A stretch of DNA of 64,000 nucleotides, taken from positions 598,829 through 662,828 of the forward strand of contig NW_003314292.1 in assembly GCF_000143415.4 (NCBI RefSeq), written 5' to 3'. Each line of letters begins with the position of its first letter. The stretch's first letter is position 1. Position numbers and translations under genes: made by a program. This document shows positions 49,868 to 62,352 of this stretch, one piece after another. The stretch comes from Selaginella moellendorffii (taxonomy: Eukaryota; Plantae; Lycopodiophyta). Below the pieces are notes generated by a model that worked only from the letters and a program-made list of their open reading frames with translations, had not been told where the DNA came from and made no database searches.

Positions 49868-50520
49868 ATGGATGATCTTCCCGACAAGCTCCTCGTCTGG
49901 ATCCTCTCTCTACTCTTTTCCTCGCGCCAATTGTATTCGTGTTCTCTGGTGAGCAGGCGGTGGGCGCATCTGGCAAGGCTGGTCACACATTTCAGGTTGG
50001 AATCGTCAATCTCCTCCGACGATGAGCAGCGCCAGGGCCTCGTTTCCTGGTTTGGCAGCAGCAGCAGCAGCAATCTCCGCTCCCTGTCCTTGACTGGTTT
50101 CTCACCGCAGCGACGATCTTCCCTCGCCTGGTTCCAGGCGATTGGAAAAACCCTCCACTCCCTCATGATCAGCATCAGTGTGGATGGCTTGTGGTCCAGC
50201 ATTCTCGCCTGCCACCAGCTGCGATGCCTCCATGCCGGCATTGAAGCGATCTGGCAACAACGGCAGAAACTCCTCTCGCCAATCTCGTCTACTGCGTCAT
50301 ACGCGCAAGCTTGGACGTCGCCACTACGCAGCAGCTCCTCGCACTCTGCCCCTCGCTCGTCTACTTGCCACAGCCTCGACTGCCTGATGCATCGCAAGAG
50401 GAGGGGCCCCGGCGGGAGCGTCGCCAACTTTTCTCTCTCCCTCGACATGGCCAAGCTCAGGTGGCTCTTCGTCAATGCCATTATGGCGCCATGCTCAATG
50501 AGCTCACACTCGGGGACTCC
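49868..50520 (+). pseudogene. F-box/LRR-like gene, probably frameshifted or truncated
   Basis: MDDLPDKLLVWILSLL...CSLVSRRW F-box; LRR-like segments continue in another frame (QLLALCPSLVYL); collides with the RLK 3' end. Confidence 0.55.
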
Positions 50521-50563
50521 TATGGCTTTGGGTTGTTTGAGACGAACACTAAATGCTTCTTAA

Positions 50564-53500
50564 TTACATGGCAGTTTCGAATGCTTGGGCTTCCCTCAGG
50601 TCTCGCAACACTTGGCTCATCTTGGGTCGCTCGTTTGGGTCTCTTGCCACTGATTTTGCTGCCACATTCGCGAAGATTGCCATGCTTCCAATGCTAAATC
50701 GCCCTGCGATGTTTCTATCCACGACTTCGTTGTACGATCCACTCAGGAGATATGGTCTTGCCTGCGAGCACGAAAGAAGTATCAGGGGGAATCGTGAATT
50801 GTGCGAAGGGAAAACTTTCATACCCAAGTGATGATGCTGTATTGATCGGCAGGAACGCGGTCACTGAGTGGCTCTCTTCCACAAATGAGCTCCAAAAGCA
50901 CCACCCCAAAGCTATAAACATCACTCTTTTCGGTAAGCTGGTTTGAGGCATAGTATCTGAAACAGCGAAAGACAACTACTGTGAACCGCTCGAACTTTAA
51001 AACAACTCTTTCTTACTCTGGATCGAGATATCCAACCGTGCCTTTTACCAGAGTTGTGACGTGCGTCGCATCAATCCTAGTGACGTGCTTGGAGAGCCCA
51101 AAGTCTGCTACCTTGGCATTCATCCCCGAGTCGAGAAGGATATTGGTGCTCTTCACGTCCCTGTGAATGATCTTGGAGTCGCTCCCATTGTGAAGGTAAT
51201 CCAGTGCTGAAAAGATCATGATTCAAGTTTGGTCAACAAGAGAAACGTAATCAAAGTGTTGAGTCACCTGTCGCAGCACCCACGGCTATCTTTACCCGTG
51301 CTTTCCAATCTAATGGAGACTTTGAGCCTGAGAGAAATAACTTTCTTTTAGCACAATGCAGTTTGTTTCGTGCTTACCATAGAGGTGCTCCATTAACGTC
51401 CCTCCTCCCATAAACTCGTATACAAGAAGTTGCTTCTTGGACTTTTGGCAGAAGCCTACCAGTTCCACGAGATTTTGATGGTGTACACGAGATAGTAGGC
51501 TCACCTGAAAGCCAAAAAACCAGCTTGATCTTGATGGTTTTTGTTTCTTCTAAGAACGAACCTCATTGATAAACGAGTCGGCTCCAAGCTGAGACGCATC
51601 TGATCGGACTTTGATGGCGACTTCCTGACCGTTTGCAAGTCTCCCATGATAAACCGGACCAAAGCTTCCTTTACCGAGCTCGGTCTTGAAGCCGTTTGTT
51701 GCAGTGCTGAGCTCTCTGTACGAGAACTCTTTGCATCCAATGAGGTCTCTTGAACCCGCCCTTATTTCTAAAGAAGAAATCGTCTTCAGAAACGAAAACA
51801 TCCGCCAAAATAAATGTACCTCTTTCAAATGATTTTTCCTTGCTCCGGTTTCTTCGTAACAGAAGGAAACCAAGAGCAAGAACCAAAATAGCAGCTATAG
51901 CGCTACCAGTAGCGATACCAATAACTTTTTTCGTTTGGCTGTTGCTCTTGAGATCCACAACAATGCCTGTTTCCGGACCTGGGGCCGGAGGCACTGCTGC
52001 AGCTTGAGAGCAGTCTGCAGAGCCAAGACAAGGATTTCCGTTAAACCTGCGAAAGAAAACGTTACTTCCTGTCTGACCGGAGAAGAACTTACTGAAGTTT
52101 TCCCACGAGCGCAGCTGGAATCTGTCCCGAGAAATTGTTGTTTGCAACATTCCTGTAAGATAAGTAATTATCTTTTCTCTTGTAAAGAAAGTCTGGCTCT
52201 CACACTGATTGTAGATTCGGTAAATTCACCAAGGAATCAAGCTCACCACTTAAGCTGTTATTTTGCAAGTTCCTATATGAACACAGTAAACACACTTTAA
52301 ATCAGCTTTAGAAAAAACGGGACTTACAGCAGCTTTAAGTTCTGTAATGAACGTGAATCCAAAGAGAGTGCTCCGGACAGCTGGTTGTAGCTCAGATCCC
52401 TGTCAACTTCAACAGCTTAAACAACAATAGCATAGAGAGAAAATAACGATAAATATCATCTTACAAAGTTTCAAGCGCTGACAAATCCCACTGGTTGACG
52501 GGAATAATTCCAGAAAGTTGATTGTTTGAAATGTTTCTGTCCAAAAGGAAATGTATGCGTTGGTAAACCACAAAAATGCTTTTGCATACTCACAGATATG
52601 TTAGCCCGGAAAGGTCTCCCACTTGAGGATACAAGGAACCCCTCAATCCCTTGCCAGAAAGATCCCTATGGGGAAAATGAAACCATTGCTCTTATTAACA
52701 AAAAGAAAAAGATCAATGTCACTTACAAAAATTCCACTTGAGGAGATTGTACAGATGAGCACTTCACTCCGTTCCATGGGACTGGTAAGCAAGGATCGTG
52801 GTCGCCCAGCGTTATCGTGTAATATGAACAAATGGAACTTAGAGATGTGACTGCATGTCGAAATAGTAAGCACTTTTTGCATCAGAAGTTCTGAAAGAAA
52901 AGCATACCATCAGCACTCGTTGTCGGAGGAACAATACTAACTGGACGGTAAACTTCCAATGCGTTTATCTCTGGCGAACCAGCAATGCCCTGTAAAGTAA
53001 TGTTGAGTGTTGATGAACTCTCGGCCGATCGCGAGGTGGTCGAATTCCCAGTAAAGGAATACGAAGTCCCCTGAAAGCTACCGGGGAGAAGAAAGCTTGA
53101 CTTGCTCGAGTTCCCATTTAGCAGAATGTCGAAGGACGTTTGACTGGTGGTGTTGGTCAGCATTGCAAAGTGTGCGACGATAAAATAGCTTTGCGTCATT
53201 TTCCTATCAGCGACAGCGAGAAGGTAGCTGAGAGCATTTCCTGAACCCACTCTAGATGTCTGGAGAATCGATTGGGGTGCTGCTGGTGCACTTGAGTTTA
53301 TGGAACCATTATAGATTGAAGCTGTTGAGTCTGTAGGAAAATAGTTGGTATCAATATCCCATATGCGATCCTGTTGATCATCTGGATATCTGGCACACGA
53401 AAAGCATTTAGATGAGAGGAAGTGCGAGGACATATGCAATGCAAGCTACCTCAGTGTCTTCGTCGTTTCACCACAGTTGATCCTGTAGATCATTTGCAGC

Positions 53501-54133
53501 ATTGCGCCACGGTCTAGTCTCGATGTAGCTGCGTCATAAGCATTTTCTTCGAGCGGCCGAAATTCTAAAGACGAGATAACTGGAACACCACCTTCTGAAG
53601 TCGCGAGCAAACAGAAGGCTGTAGCGCCGGCAGTGGAAGAAGTCCACACAAGTTCCTCAATCCAAGGGTCCCTGGACGAAAGGTCCACCGTTGACACCAC
53701 AGTCTGGTTCATGACAAACTGGAACGAGGGAGGCCTTCTGCGCGTGTCGTAGTTTCCATATCTAAAAGTTGCTCTCGTGAGATGCAAGCCGGCTTGGTGA
53801 GCGATGTCGTAGCAATTGAAGTTGCGCGTGGTCTTGGAGAATGGGAAGTATCTCACAGAATTACCTTGGATGCTCGACGTGATGCCTACGTTGTTCACAA
53901 AACTCGCATCTGGAATCCAAATAAGCCCAGTGGTTTTATCTGTGAAATTGCTCGACGATCCACATGACAAGCTCAGAAACTCTGGTGCAAAAGAAAGAAA
54001 AGAACAGAAAATGAGATGAGTGGCATTTAATTCCGCGAAAAGGATAGAGGGATGTACCTGGCCCTGGAGTCTGCGAAGAAATCTGACGAAGAATAAACGC
54101 GATGCAGAGGAGAATTGCCAGACCCTCTTTCAT
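50564..54133 (-). CDS. Malectin-like/LRR receptor-like kinase (LRR-I, At5g48740-like)
   Basis: Signal peptide, [40 protein letters not shown], LRRs, [32 protein letters not shown]. Confidence 0.92.
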
Positions 54134-54401
54134 CTTTGTCGCTCGCTATCGACACATTGGAAAATTAAGAGTGAATTGGAGGAGCTCCCCTGTTCGTCTT
54201 CTTCTTCTTCTTCTTCTGAATTCTCCTGTTGTTAGTACCTATTGACGCGATCCAGTCCCCAGTAGCTTACCATAATGTAAGCTTCGTGACTTAGTCGTGT
54301 TCTTATCGTGGGCATTGGTGTCCGTCCGATTGCCTCCATCCTGGCCGTCGACACGATTTTAGCTTAAACAAAACATTTTAGTTAAGCTTTAATACCTCTC
54401 T

Positions 54402-54991
54402 TTACTTCACTCTCGTGAGAATGAGCTGAATGGCCGCGTTCGCGGAGGAGAACGCGCCATGGAAGCTCTCTTTGAAGGAGAAGCTCTCCAAATTCTCCAC
54501 GATTCGCATGAGGATGTTGCCAGCATCGAGCTCCTTCTCGATCAGGCAGCGGTAGTAGACAGTGGCGCATCGATCGCTGATCTCGGCGTTGGCGGGCTCC
54601 GGGCAGTACTCGTTGTCGAGCCAGGCATGGAGATTCTCCCTCAGCCACTGCGATTCCTGCGAGATTTTCCAAGATTTTCGTCACGATCGATGGATTGATC
54701 GATAGCACACACCTCTGCTGCTGCCGACGCCGTCGACCATTCCACCGGTAGCATCAGATCTTCCACGCCCTCTTCTCCTTCTTCTTCTCCTTCCTGGCCG
54801 CCTTTCTTGCCCGCATTCTTCTCTCCATCTCGCCTCGAATCGTCCGAGAACGCTCTCGCAATCGTGCCGCGATTCCTCCTGCTGCGATCGATCCTGCATT
54901 GCGAAGAGAAGAAGCACCGCGGAGTCTTGGCGCCGATCGGGCGTGCCGCTGGAGGAGCCGCGGATAATCTGGCAATGGACGCCATAGCCAT
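54402..54991 (-). CDS. Conserved unknown plastid-targeted protein, 2 exons
   Basis: Transit peptide; WLRENLHAWLDNEYCPEPANAEIS...SFKESFHGAFSSANAAI conserved-looking core. Confidence 0.75.
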
Positions 54992-55019
54992 GAGATTTTA
55001 GGGTTTATGCGCGGTAGCT

Positions 55020-56043
55020 ATGAGCGAGGCATCCGTGACTCCCAGGTAGGAATTCTCTTTCCTACTATTTCCGATCGCTTCTACTCCGATCTAGGCAGCG
55101 CGATGGAGATTCGCCGCGGCATTTCTACATCGCGGTCGATCGGCAAGAATTTAAAATGGTGAAGATAGTCTCTGGCTCTCTCGTTTTACGTGTGTTCTTC
55201 GTTTTCCTTTCTAGAGAACTTTCTTCGATTTGCTTGAGCACTTCTGGAAGCGATCGGGAGTTCCTCTAGTAATTTGCTGCAACGCGCGCGACAGCCTCGA
55301 CGCAGTCTTCGCCGCCGCTGCGTCGTGTCCACACTTCCACGTAAAATTCCTCGTAAGAAAAGCTTTCTTCTTCTTCGTTTCTTGCCAGCTCTTTTCCTTC
55401 GAGACTAAACGATTTGTGAGACGCAGCACAGTGATCTATGCGAGCACGAACGAGCGACAACGATCGAAGAGTTCCGGCGTGCCATGGCAGAATGGAGGAA
55501 GAGTGAAGTAACGATGGAGGGTGATTCCACCATGCCTCCAAAGCTCTTCCTCCTCCTTGTCACCGACGCTTGCCTGCCGTCCAGCACTTTTGGAGAGCAT
55601 TCCCTTCTCGCAAGAGCGCTTGTCAACTACGATCTTCCCGTGAAAAAGGCGAGCTTTCTTATGATATCTTCGCATTTCTTTCGTTCTCTCCGGGATTTCA
55701 TTCTTTGTTTTCGTTTGCTTCTCTAGGAAGCGTACTTGAGGCGTCTCGGTGCTTGTTTGAGCCCCTCCGGAGGGACACAAAGCGTCACAAAGAGTTCTAC
55801 GAATGAACCGAGCTCCAGTAAGTGGTAGTTCCGTGTTTATCTCTTGTGATAGATTATTGTTCTCTTCTTTCCAGATGGTGTCGTGCTTAACATCGTTGTT
55901 GGTGGCGAAGTATCCACACTTCGCAGCATCGAGGAAGGCTGTGTCGTGATCATCAACGAAATGCCAATTAACGTACGTTTCTTCTCTCAACCTTCATCTT
56001 TGATCTTCACACTACTGGCTTGCAGATCACAGAGCTGTTGTAA
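55020..56043 (+). CDS. Short DEAD-box/eIF4A-like helicase C-domain protein (At4g37020-like)
   Basis: RHFYIAVDRQEFKM, LVICCNARDSLD, HSDL, VTDACLP, LVNYDLPVKKEAYLRR, VVGGEV. Confidence 0.85.
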
Positions 56044-56147
56044 CGAGCTCACTGGAAGAAAAACCTTTCACTTCTGCTGCTACCAAACAACTTCTGAAAA
56101 AAGATGGGAAATTTATGTGCAGGTATATAGAAAGAAACTTTTGGAAT

Positions 56148-56871
56148 CTATTTCTTCTTCTGTGGTAATCTCTGAACAACCACCTGCAGAAAAAAAAAAA
56201 AATGAAAAACAAGAGATCAAATTGCCTTGGCAAGTAATTTACTTTTCTTACCCTGCCAGCATTAGACTTATCTCCAACAATTGTTTGGCAAGCCAGCCTC
56301 CAAGTACCAGGCTTCTGAAAGTTTCAAAGTAAGAAATTGTTCAAGTTGTTTGGTTTGATCTTTTACCTGTTTGAGATGCTTCTTTTCAGCACTGGTTGGC
56401 TGACTTAGCAGCTCTTGTCCCTCTAAAATCTCCACAATACAAGTTCCACAGCTGCCACCCCCTCCACAGTTCATCAGCTTGCCCTTCAGTAAGAAAAAAA
56501 AAAAAAAATATCAAATCTAACACCCTTGACTTTGTTCAGAAACTTACGTACAATCCGTAGAGCTCGAGCTTGTTCTCGCGCATCACATTCCTGAGCACCT
56601 TCTCACCGCTCTTGACACTCGTTTTCAACACATCCCCTTTGCCATCGGGCTGCACAGCACACACACACAGAAAAAAACCTTGGAAATTGCTGAAGTTTGG
56701 ATGCTTTTTTACCCCCAAAAATTCGAGCTCTATCGCTGCTGGCTCGCTGCTTGGCTGCTCACTACCATCTTGTAGATTTGAGAACAATGGCCTGGCTTTC
56801 TTCCTTGGAATGAATCGCAAAGGACTTGAAAACTCGCATTGGCATATGGAGAATGCGGGTGAGACAGCCAT
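56148..56871 (-). CDS. Plastid 2Fe-2S ferredoxin-like protein (PnsB3/At4g32590-like)
   Basis: GEKVLRNVMRENKLELY, MNCGGGGSCGTCIVEI, WRLACQTIVG. Confidence 0.9.
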
Positions 56872-56897
56872 AGAGAGCAAAAAAGAGAGAATTTATC

Positions 56898-56978
56898 TGT
56901 TGACAGTGGGATTCGAACCCACGCCCTTTCGGACCAGAACCTTAATCTGGCGCCTTAGACCAACTCGGCCATGTCAAC
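56898..56978 (-). tRNA. tRNA-Leu(AAG)
   Basis: GTTGACATGGCCGAGTTGGTCTAAGGCG CCAGA-TTAAGGT-TCTGG, long variable arm, GTTCGAATCC; T6 terminator. Confidence 0.95.
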
Positions 56979-57050
56979 CTTTGCTGATAGAGTGTGTAAG
57001 TTTAACCCCAAATGCCAAAGCTAAACACAAGTTTTTTAATAATTGAAATT

Positions 57051-58160
57051 ATGTTTAGCCAATGCCAGCGGATTGGATGCGAAGCTCTTCTCTCCCGATC
57101 AAAACGACGATGAGAACGCTTGCTAATACCATCCCGGCGTAAGTTTGTGGTTCTCTCCCGCGTTTTCACAGATTTTTGCCTCCAATTCTATCTTGTGCAT
57201 GGAATTGGAATTGGAACTGGAACTGGAACTGGAGTTTTTCGAGCATGTGCTGTCAATCCGTGCTTGATTTCTTCTGATTTCAGCCCCTGTTTCACGACGG
57301 TGGGAAACAATGGAGCTGCTGCAAACAGCAGAGTCACGATTTTAGCTTGTTCTTAAGCATTCCAGGGTACGTCTACTTTCTTCTTCTACTTCTTCTTCCT
57401 TCTTCTTTTGTGTTTGTTTTTCTCTTCTTTTCTCTTATTTCTGCTGCGGTCATTTTTTCGTTCGTTGGTTTTGGTCCTTTCATTTTGGAGGTTATATTTT
57501 CTCCTTTCTCCATCAGCTGTACGCAAGGAAAGCACACATCAGAGAAACCAAAGCCAGCTCCCAAGCCAAGCAAAACTTTACCCAGGGAGACGCCGGCATG
57601 CTTGAGATGCAAACAAGGTTTCTACTGTTCAGATCACGGTAAGCAAACCTTAAACCTTTTGTCATTTGTCTTGCTCATTCGCACGCACGGACGATGGCTT
57701 TGATCTTTTTTCTCTCTTTACTTGTCCTTTATGCTCGTAACTTAAGATTAAAATATCTGTTCTTCGCAGGCTCAAAGATATCGCAACTCAACGATTAAAA
57801 ACCAGCTGCAAAAGAAGCTTCGCAATCATCGGTGCAAGCAGCCCCGGCGGCCCTCCCCAACGTGATTGACTTGGATGCAAAGCGGACGTGCAGGAATAAA
57901 GGCTGCGGAAAGGCATTCACCGAGCGAGAGAACCATGAAACTGCTTGCAGTTATCATCCGGATGATAGCTGTTTTTCACGACAGATCGAGAGGAGTAAGC
58001 TTCTCTTCAGTTTATCTAGTCTATCCATTCTAAATCCTATGACGTGTTCTTTTTCTAGTTTTTTTCTTGCTAGTGGGCCTGCTGTGATGTTCATGTGAAG
58101 GAGTTTGACGAGTTCCTGGAGATCCCGCCGTGCTCGAAAGGCTGGCACAGCAGCCAATAG
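57051..58160 (+). pseudogene. RAR1: RAR1 pseudogene (copy 1)
   Basis: Relative to copy 2: original ATG region lost, 2-bp deletion after CQRIGC, TGC>TAA, deletion in linker, +1 indel at YHPG. Confidence 0.85.
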
Positions 58161-58469
58161 CTAAAGAAATGAAATGCTCTTGCGGAGGAATGCTTCGCGA
58201 TGGCTCTGACTTGTACGTAAGTTTTCACTTGTTTTCGTTTCTTTAACGCTTTTCTGTTTTGGTTGATAGGATATTGACACTGCGCGTGAATTGGAACAGG
58301 TGTATACGGCGTAAAACAAGCCGTCGTTTAGTCCACTCTTTGTTGTTTCTTTTGCTCACGTTTTACCAAGTCTCGATTATGTTAGGTGGCTTCGGAAAGT
58401 GCTGACTTTGAAGTTTCGATTCGAGGGCTTCTTAAACGGAGATCGAGCAGCTTGGATCTGGATCCAAGA

Positions 58470-59651
58470 ATGGCTACGGCTTCTGATATCGCTTTTCCAG
58501 GACTACGTTTCAATCCTCTGGCAGAACGACGCGGCTACCAGGTTCTATCAATCAACAATCACTTAAGCGCGAGTGTGGGATCCAGAATTTCTACGAGAAG
58601 GCAACAGGATTTGGTTGCTCTGAAGCTCTACTCATCCTTCCCGGCGGAACAAATCTTTCGCTTCTCCTCCGCAAGGCGCTCCAATATCATCGCCAGATCG
58701 AGGTAAGCTTTCGAATCTTTCCTCTGCGAAAACAAATTCTCGTGAATTGTAACGAAACAGTAACGATCCATATGGCCCAGTTTCGAAGTCCTTTTTCTCC
58801 TCGAATATGTGAGAATTGTCATTTTGTGTGCTCTTTTATTTAACCAATTCTGCAGCTTGGATGTGTTGGCTTTTCTGATAAGACTTCCAGCCCTCATCCT
58901 GGGATTTATAAAAAAGGAGCAACAGATTATGGAAATAGTGGAAGGTATTAACGTTGCTTTCTTATTGTTCCATGCTATTGTGCACTACTGCACGGATCAA
59001 TTAGACGACGCAGCACTAACAGTGAGCGGCATTGCAGAAGGACTAGAGAAAGTGGAAGAAATTATCGAGGACGAGTCGATCCCAGAAGACCGAAGAGAAG
59101 AACTCAGGGACAAGGTGAGCACGCTCATTTGCTTTGCTCCAACCTTCCAAGCATTTTAAGTTTCAACTGTTGGAAGCATAGGTAAAAGGCACAACGGACT
59201 CTATGCGTTCGGACATCGGCACCGTCATTGACAGCGCTGCGGATCCAACCAAGCCGAAGACAAACGCCGGTGGAGAACCCGACGTCAAGGCCGCAGCCGA
59301 CGCAACCTCTCGAGCTGCGGAGGAAGCACAGAAGCTCAAAGACGCGGCGACGGAGCTCGAGGAGAAGCACACAGGTAAGCTCTAGCATCTTTCGCATCAC
59401 TGTGATTGATCGCTGGGGAAAGGAAACGAGAGTCAACCATTTACTAAAGCACGAAAGAGATTCTAACAGGGAGTACCACTAACGCGATGAACAAGTCGCA
59501 CCACTTTCGAGCAATATCGTCTTCACGCGGCAGAAGCGCCGTCATGCTCGTGCTATTGAGTGCCATGCTTTCGAGTTTGATAGTCTCAAACTGGCCGGCC
59601 ATCCTCAAGCACGTGTTTGACTTCCTGCTCCACCACGGCATAACAATTTGA
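58470..59651 (+). CDS. Unknown plastid-targeted acidic coiled-coil protein with C-terminal hydrophobic anchor (copy 1)
   Basis: Transit-like exon 1, GT-AG exons in frame, paralog of 62662-63883. Confidence 0.6.
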
Positions 59652-60359
59652 ATATTCTGACCAAAATTACAGATGGTTTCTCTTACTGGATAGACTAGAC
59701 GAACTGAAGAGAAGCTTACTCCTCTAGATGACCTAGTGCAGCAAGCAAAGTGCTAGGGACACAAGCTTGCTAGAGAAATCTAGTTATTTCTGGCTGGACA
59801 GGTAAATTGTCCTCTCAAGAGGCTGCTATGCTTCTGCAAGAAATAATGTCAAATGTTAAATCCTGCATTAAAAAAAGGATATAATTATATGCATCCCATA
59901 TGAACTTTTCAATCCCAATATAGGACACTTTTTTTAGCATGAAGCTCTAGATCACCATTTATAACATAATGTGATCCAGCTATTGATGTGGTTCGTGATA
60001 AGCTTGCAAACTTTATATTTTGATTTTGTCTCTTGAACATAGATAACAATATATTTTATATCATTAGTATAAATATCAGCATTGTCTTATTGAGACATGG
60101 GAAGCTCACATTTTGTTGACTATTTGTAGACTATAGAATTGGGGAGTTAACTTCATGATGATCAACAAAATGCTAATTAATATATGTTTCTTCTCTCAAA
60201 CTTCTTCTTTAATCTTCACATTACTGACTTACAGATTACAGAGTTGTTCTACCGAGCTCACTAGAAGGAAAACCTTTCACTCCTGCACTACCAAATACAA
60301 AGAGAGAACTTTTGAAAAAACATTAGAATTAATAATCAATTAATGTGCAGGTATAGAAA

Positions 60360-61015
60360 GATTTCTTCTTCTATGGTAATCTCTGAACAACCATGTGCAG
60401 AAAAAAAAAAGAAAAACAAGAGATCAAATTGACTTGGCAAAAAGATACTTTCTTACCTTGCCAGCATCAGACTTATCTCTGACAATTGTTTGACAAGCTA
60501 GCCTCCAAAGTACCAGGCTTATGAAAGTTTTACATAATACATTATTCATTTGTCTGCTTTGAATTCTCCTTTACCTGTTTGAGATATTTCTTTTCAGCAC
60601 TGGTTGGCTTGACTTAGCAACTCTTGTCATTCTAAAATCTCCAAAATACAATTTCCACAGCTGCCACCCCCTCCTCCACAGTTCATCGCTCTTCAGTAAG
60701 AAAAAAAAATCAAATTTCACCCTTGACTTTGTTCATAAGCTCACATACAATCTGTAGAGCTCAAGTTTGTTCTTGCGCATCACATTCCTGAGCACCTTCT
60801 CACCACTTTTGACACTCACATCCCCATTGCCATCGGGCTCACAGCACACACAAAGAAAAAAGCTTTGGAAATTGCTGGAGTTTTGATGCTATTAGCCCCC
60901 AAAATTCGAGCTCTATCGATGCTGGCTCGCTGCTTGGCTGGTCACTACCATCTTGTAGATTTCAGAACAATGACCTTGGAATGAATCGGAAAGGGGCATC
61001 TGGAGAGACAGCCAT
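60360..61015 (-). pseudogene. Ferredoxin-like pseudogene (copy 2)
   Basis: Deletions give MAVSPDAPFRFIPRSLF*; further indels and stops; loss of the GKLM segment. Confidence 0.85.
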
Positions 61016-61038
61016 AGTGAACCAAAAACCATAAAAAA

Positions 61039-61099
61039 TGCTGTGGATTCGAACCGATGCCCTTCCGGACCAGAACCGAAATCTGGCGCAGTATGTCAG
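61039..61099 (-). pseudogene. tRNA-Leu pseudogene (D-arm deleted, anticodon loop changed)
   Basis: Retains GGATTCGAACC..GCCCTT.CGGACCAGAACC..AATCTGGCGC of the 56898 tRNA. Confidence 0.8.
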
Positions 61100-61180
61100 T
61101 CTTTGCTGGTAGAATGTGATAGTGTAAGCCAAACTTGTAATGTTAATTATTTTTAGGGCTTGTGTGTGGGAGCTGGAGCG

Positions 61181-62352
61181 ATGGGGAAGGTCCAATGCCA
61201 GCGGATTGGATGCGACGCGCTCTTCTCTCCCGATCAAAACGACGATGAGAACGCTTGCTGCTACCATCCCGGCGTAAGTTTGTGGTTTTCTTCCCGCGTT
61301 TTCACAGAGTTTTGCCTCCAATTTTGATCTTGTGCATGAAATTGGAACTGGAACTGGATTTTTTCGAGCAGCCGGTATGTGTTGTCAAATCCGTGCTTGA
61401 TTTCTTCAGTTTGGGATTGCTGTGGTGATTTCAGCCCCTGTTTCACGACGGTGGGAAACAATGGAGCTGCTGCAAACAGCAGAGTCACGATTTTAGCTTG
61501 TTCTTAAGCATTCCAGGGTACGTCTACTTTCTTCTTCTACTTCTTCTTCCTTCTTCTTTTGTGTTTGTTTTTCTTCTTTTTTGTTTTCTTTTATTTCTGC
61601 TGCGGTCATTTTTTCGTTCGTTGTTTTGTTCTTCTTCTTTCTTTTTGGAGGCTAAATTTTCTCCTTGTTCCATCAGCTGTACGCACGGAAAGCACACATC
61701 AGAGAAACCAAAACCAGCTCCCAAGTCAAGCAAAACTGTACCACAGGGAGACGCCAGTAACACCAATTGCTTGAGATGCAAACAAGGTTTCTACTGTTCA
61801 GATCACGGTAAGAAAACCTTAAACCTTTTGTCATTTGTCTTGTTCATTCGCATGCACGGACGATGGCTTTGATCTTTTTTCTCTCTTTACTTGTCCTTTA
61901 TGCTCGTAACTTGAAATTAAAATATCTGTTCTTCGCAGGCTCAAAGATATCGTGTGGACCAGTGGCAGCCCCCAGCAAAGACGTGGAAAAACCAGCTGCG
62001 AAAGAAGCTTCGCAATCATCGGTGCAAGCAGCCCCGGCGGCCCTCTCCAACGTGATTGACTTGGATGCAAAGCGGACGTGCAGGAATAAAGGCTGCGGAA
62101 AGGCATTCACCGAGCGAGAGAACCATGAAACTGCTTGCAGTTATCATCCGGGCCCAGCTGTTTTTCACGACAGATCGAGAGGAGTAAGCTTCTCTTCAGT
62201 TTGTCTAGTCTATCCATTCCAAATCCTATGACGCGTTTTTTTCTGTCTTGTTTTTTTCTTGCTAGTGGGCCTGCTGTGATGTTCATGTGAAGGAGTTTGA
62301 CGAGTTCCTGGAGATCCCGCCGTGCTCGAAAGGCTGGCACAGCAGCCAATAG
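61181..62352 (+). CDS. RAR1: RAR1 (CHORD-CCCH-CHORD Hsp90 co-chaperone), intact copy
   Basis: CQRIGC..CCYHPGPLFHDGGKQWSCC, C.RCKQGFYCSDH, CRNKGCGKAF..CSYHPGPAVFHD..WACC..PCSKGWH. Confidence 0.93.

Noticed and set aside
50564-54133. Calling the RLK SYMRK/DMI2
   Set aside because: Has HDPC rather than GDPC, and its motifs ([18 protein letters not shown]) fit the At5g48740-like clade better
61039-61099. Anticodon-switched tRNA (TCG) as a functional recoding tRNA
   Set aside because: D-arm/A-box deleted and acceptor stem broken
48552-62352. Functional cluster of Hsp90 co-chaperones (Aha1 plus RAR1)
   Set aside because: Separated by unrelated genes and probably in different compartments; likely coincidence
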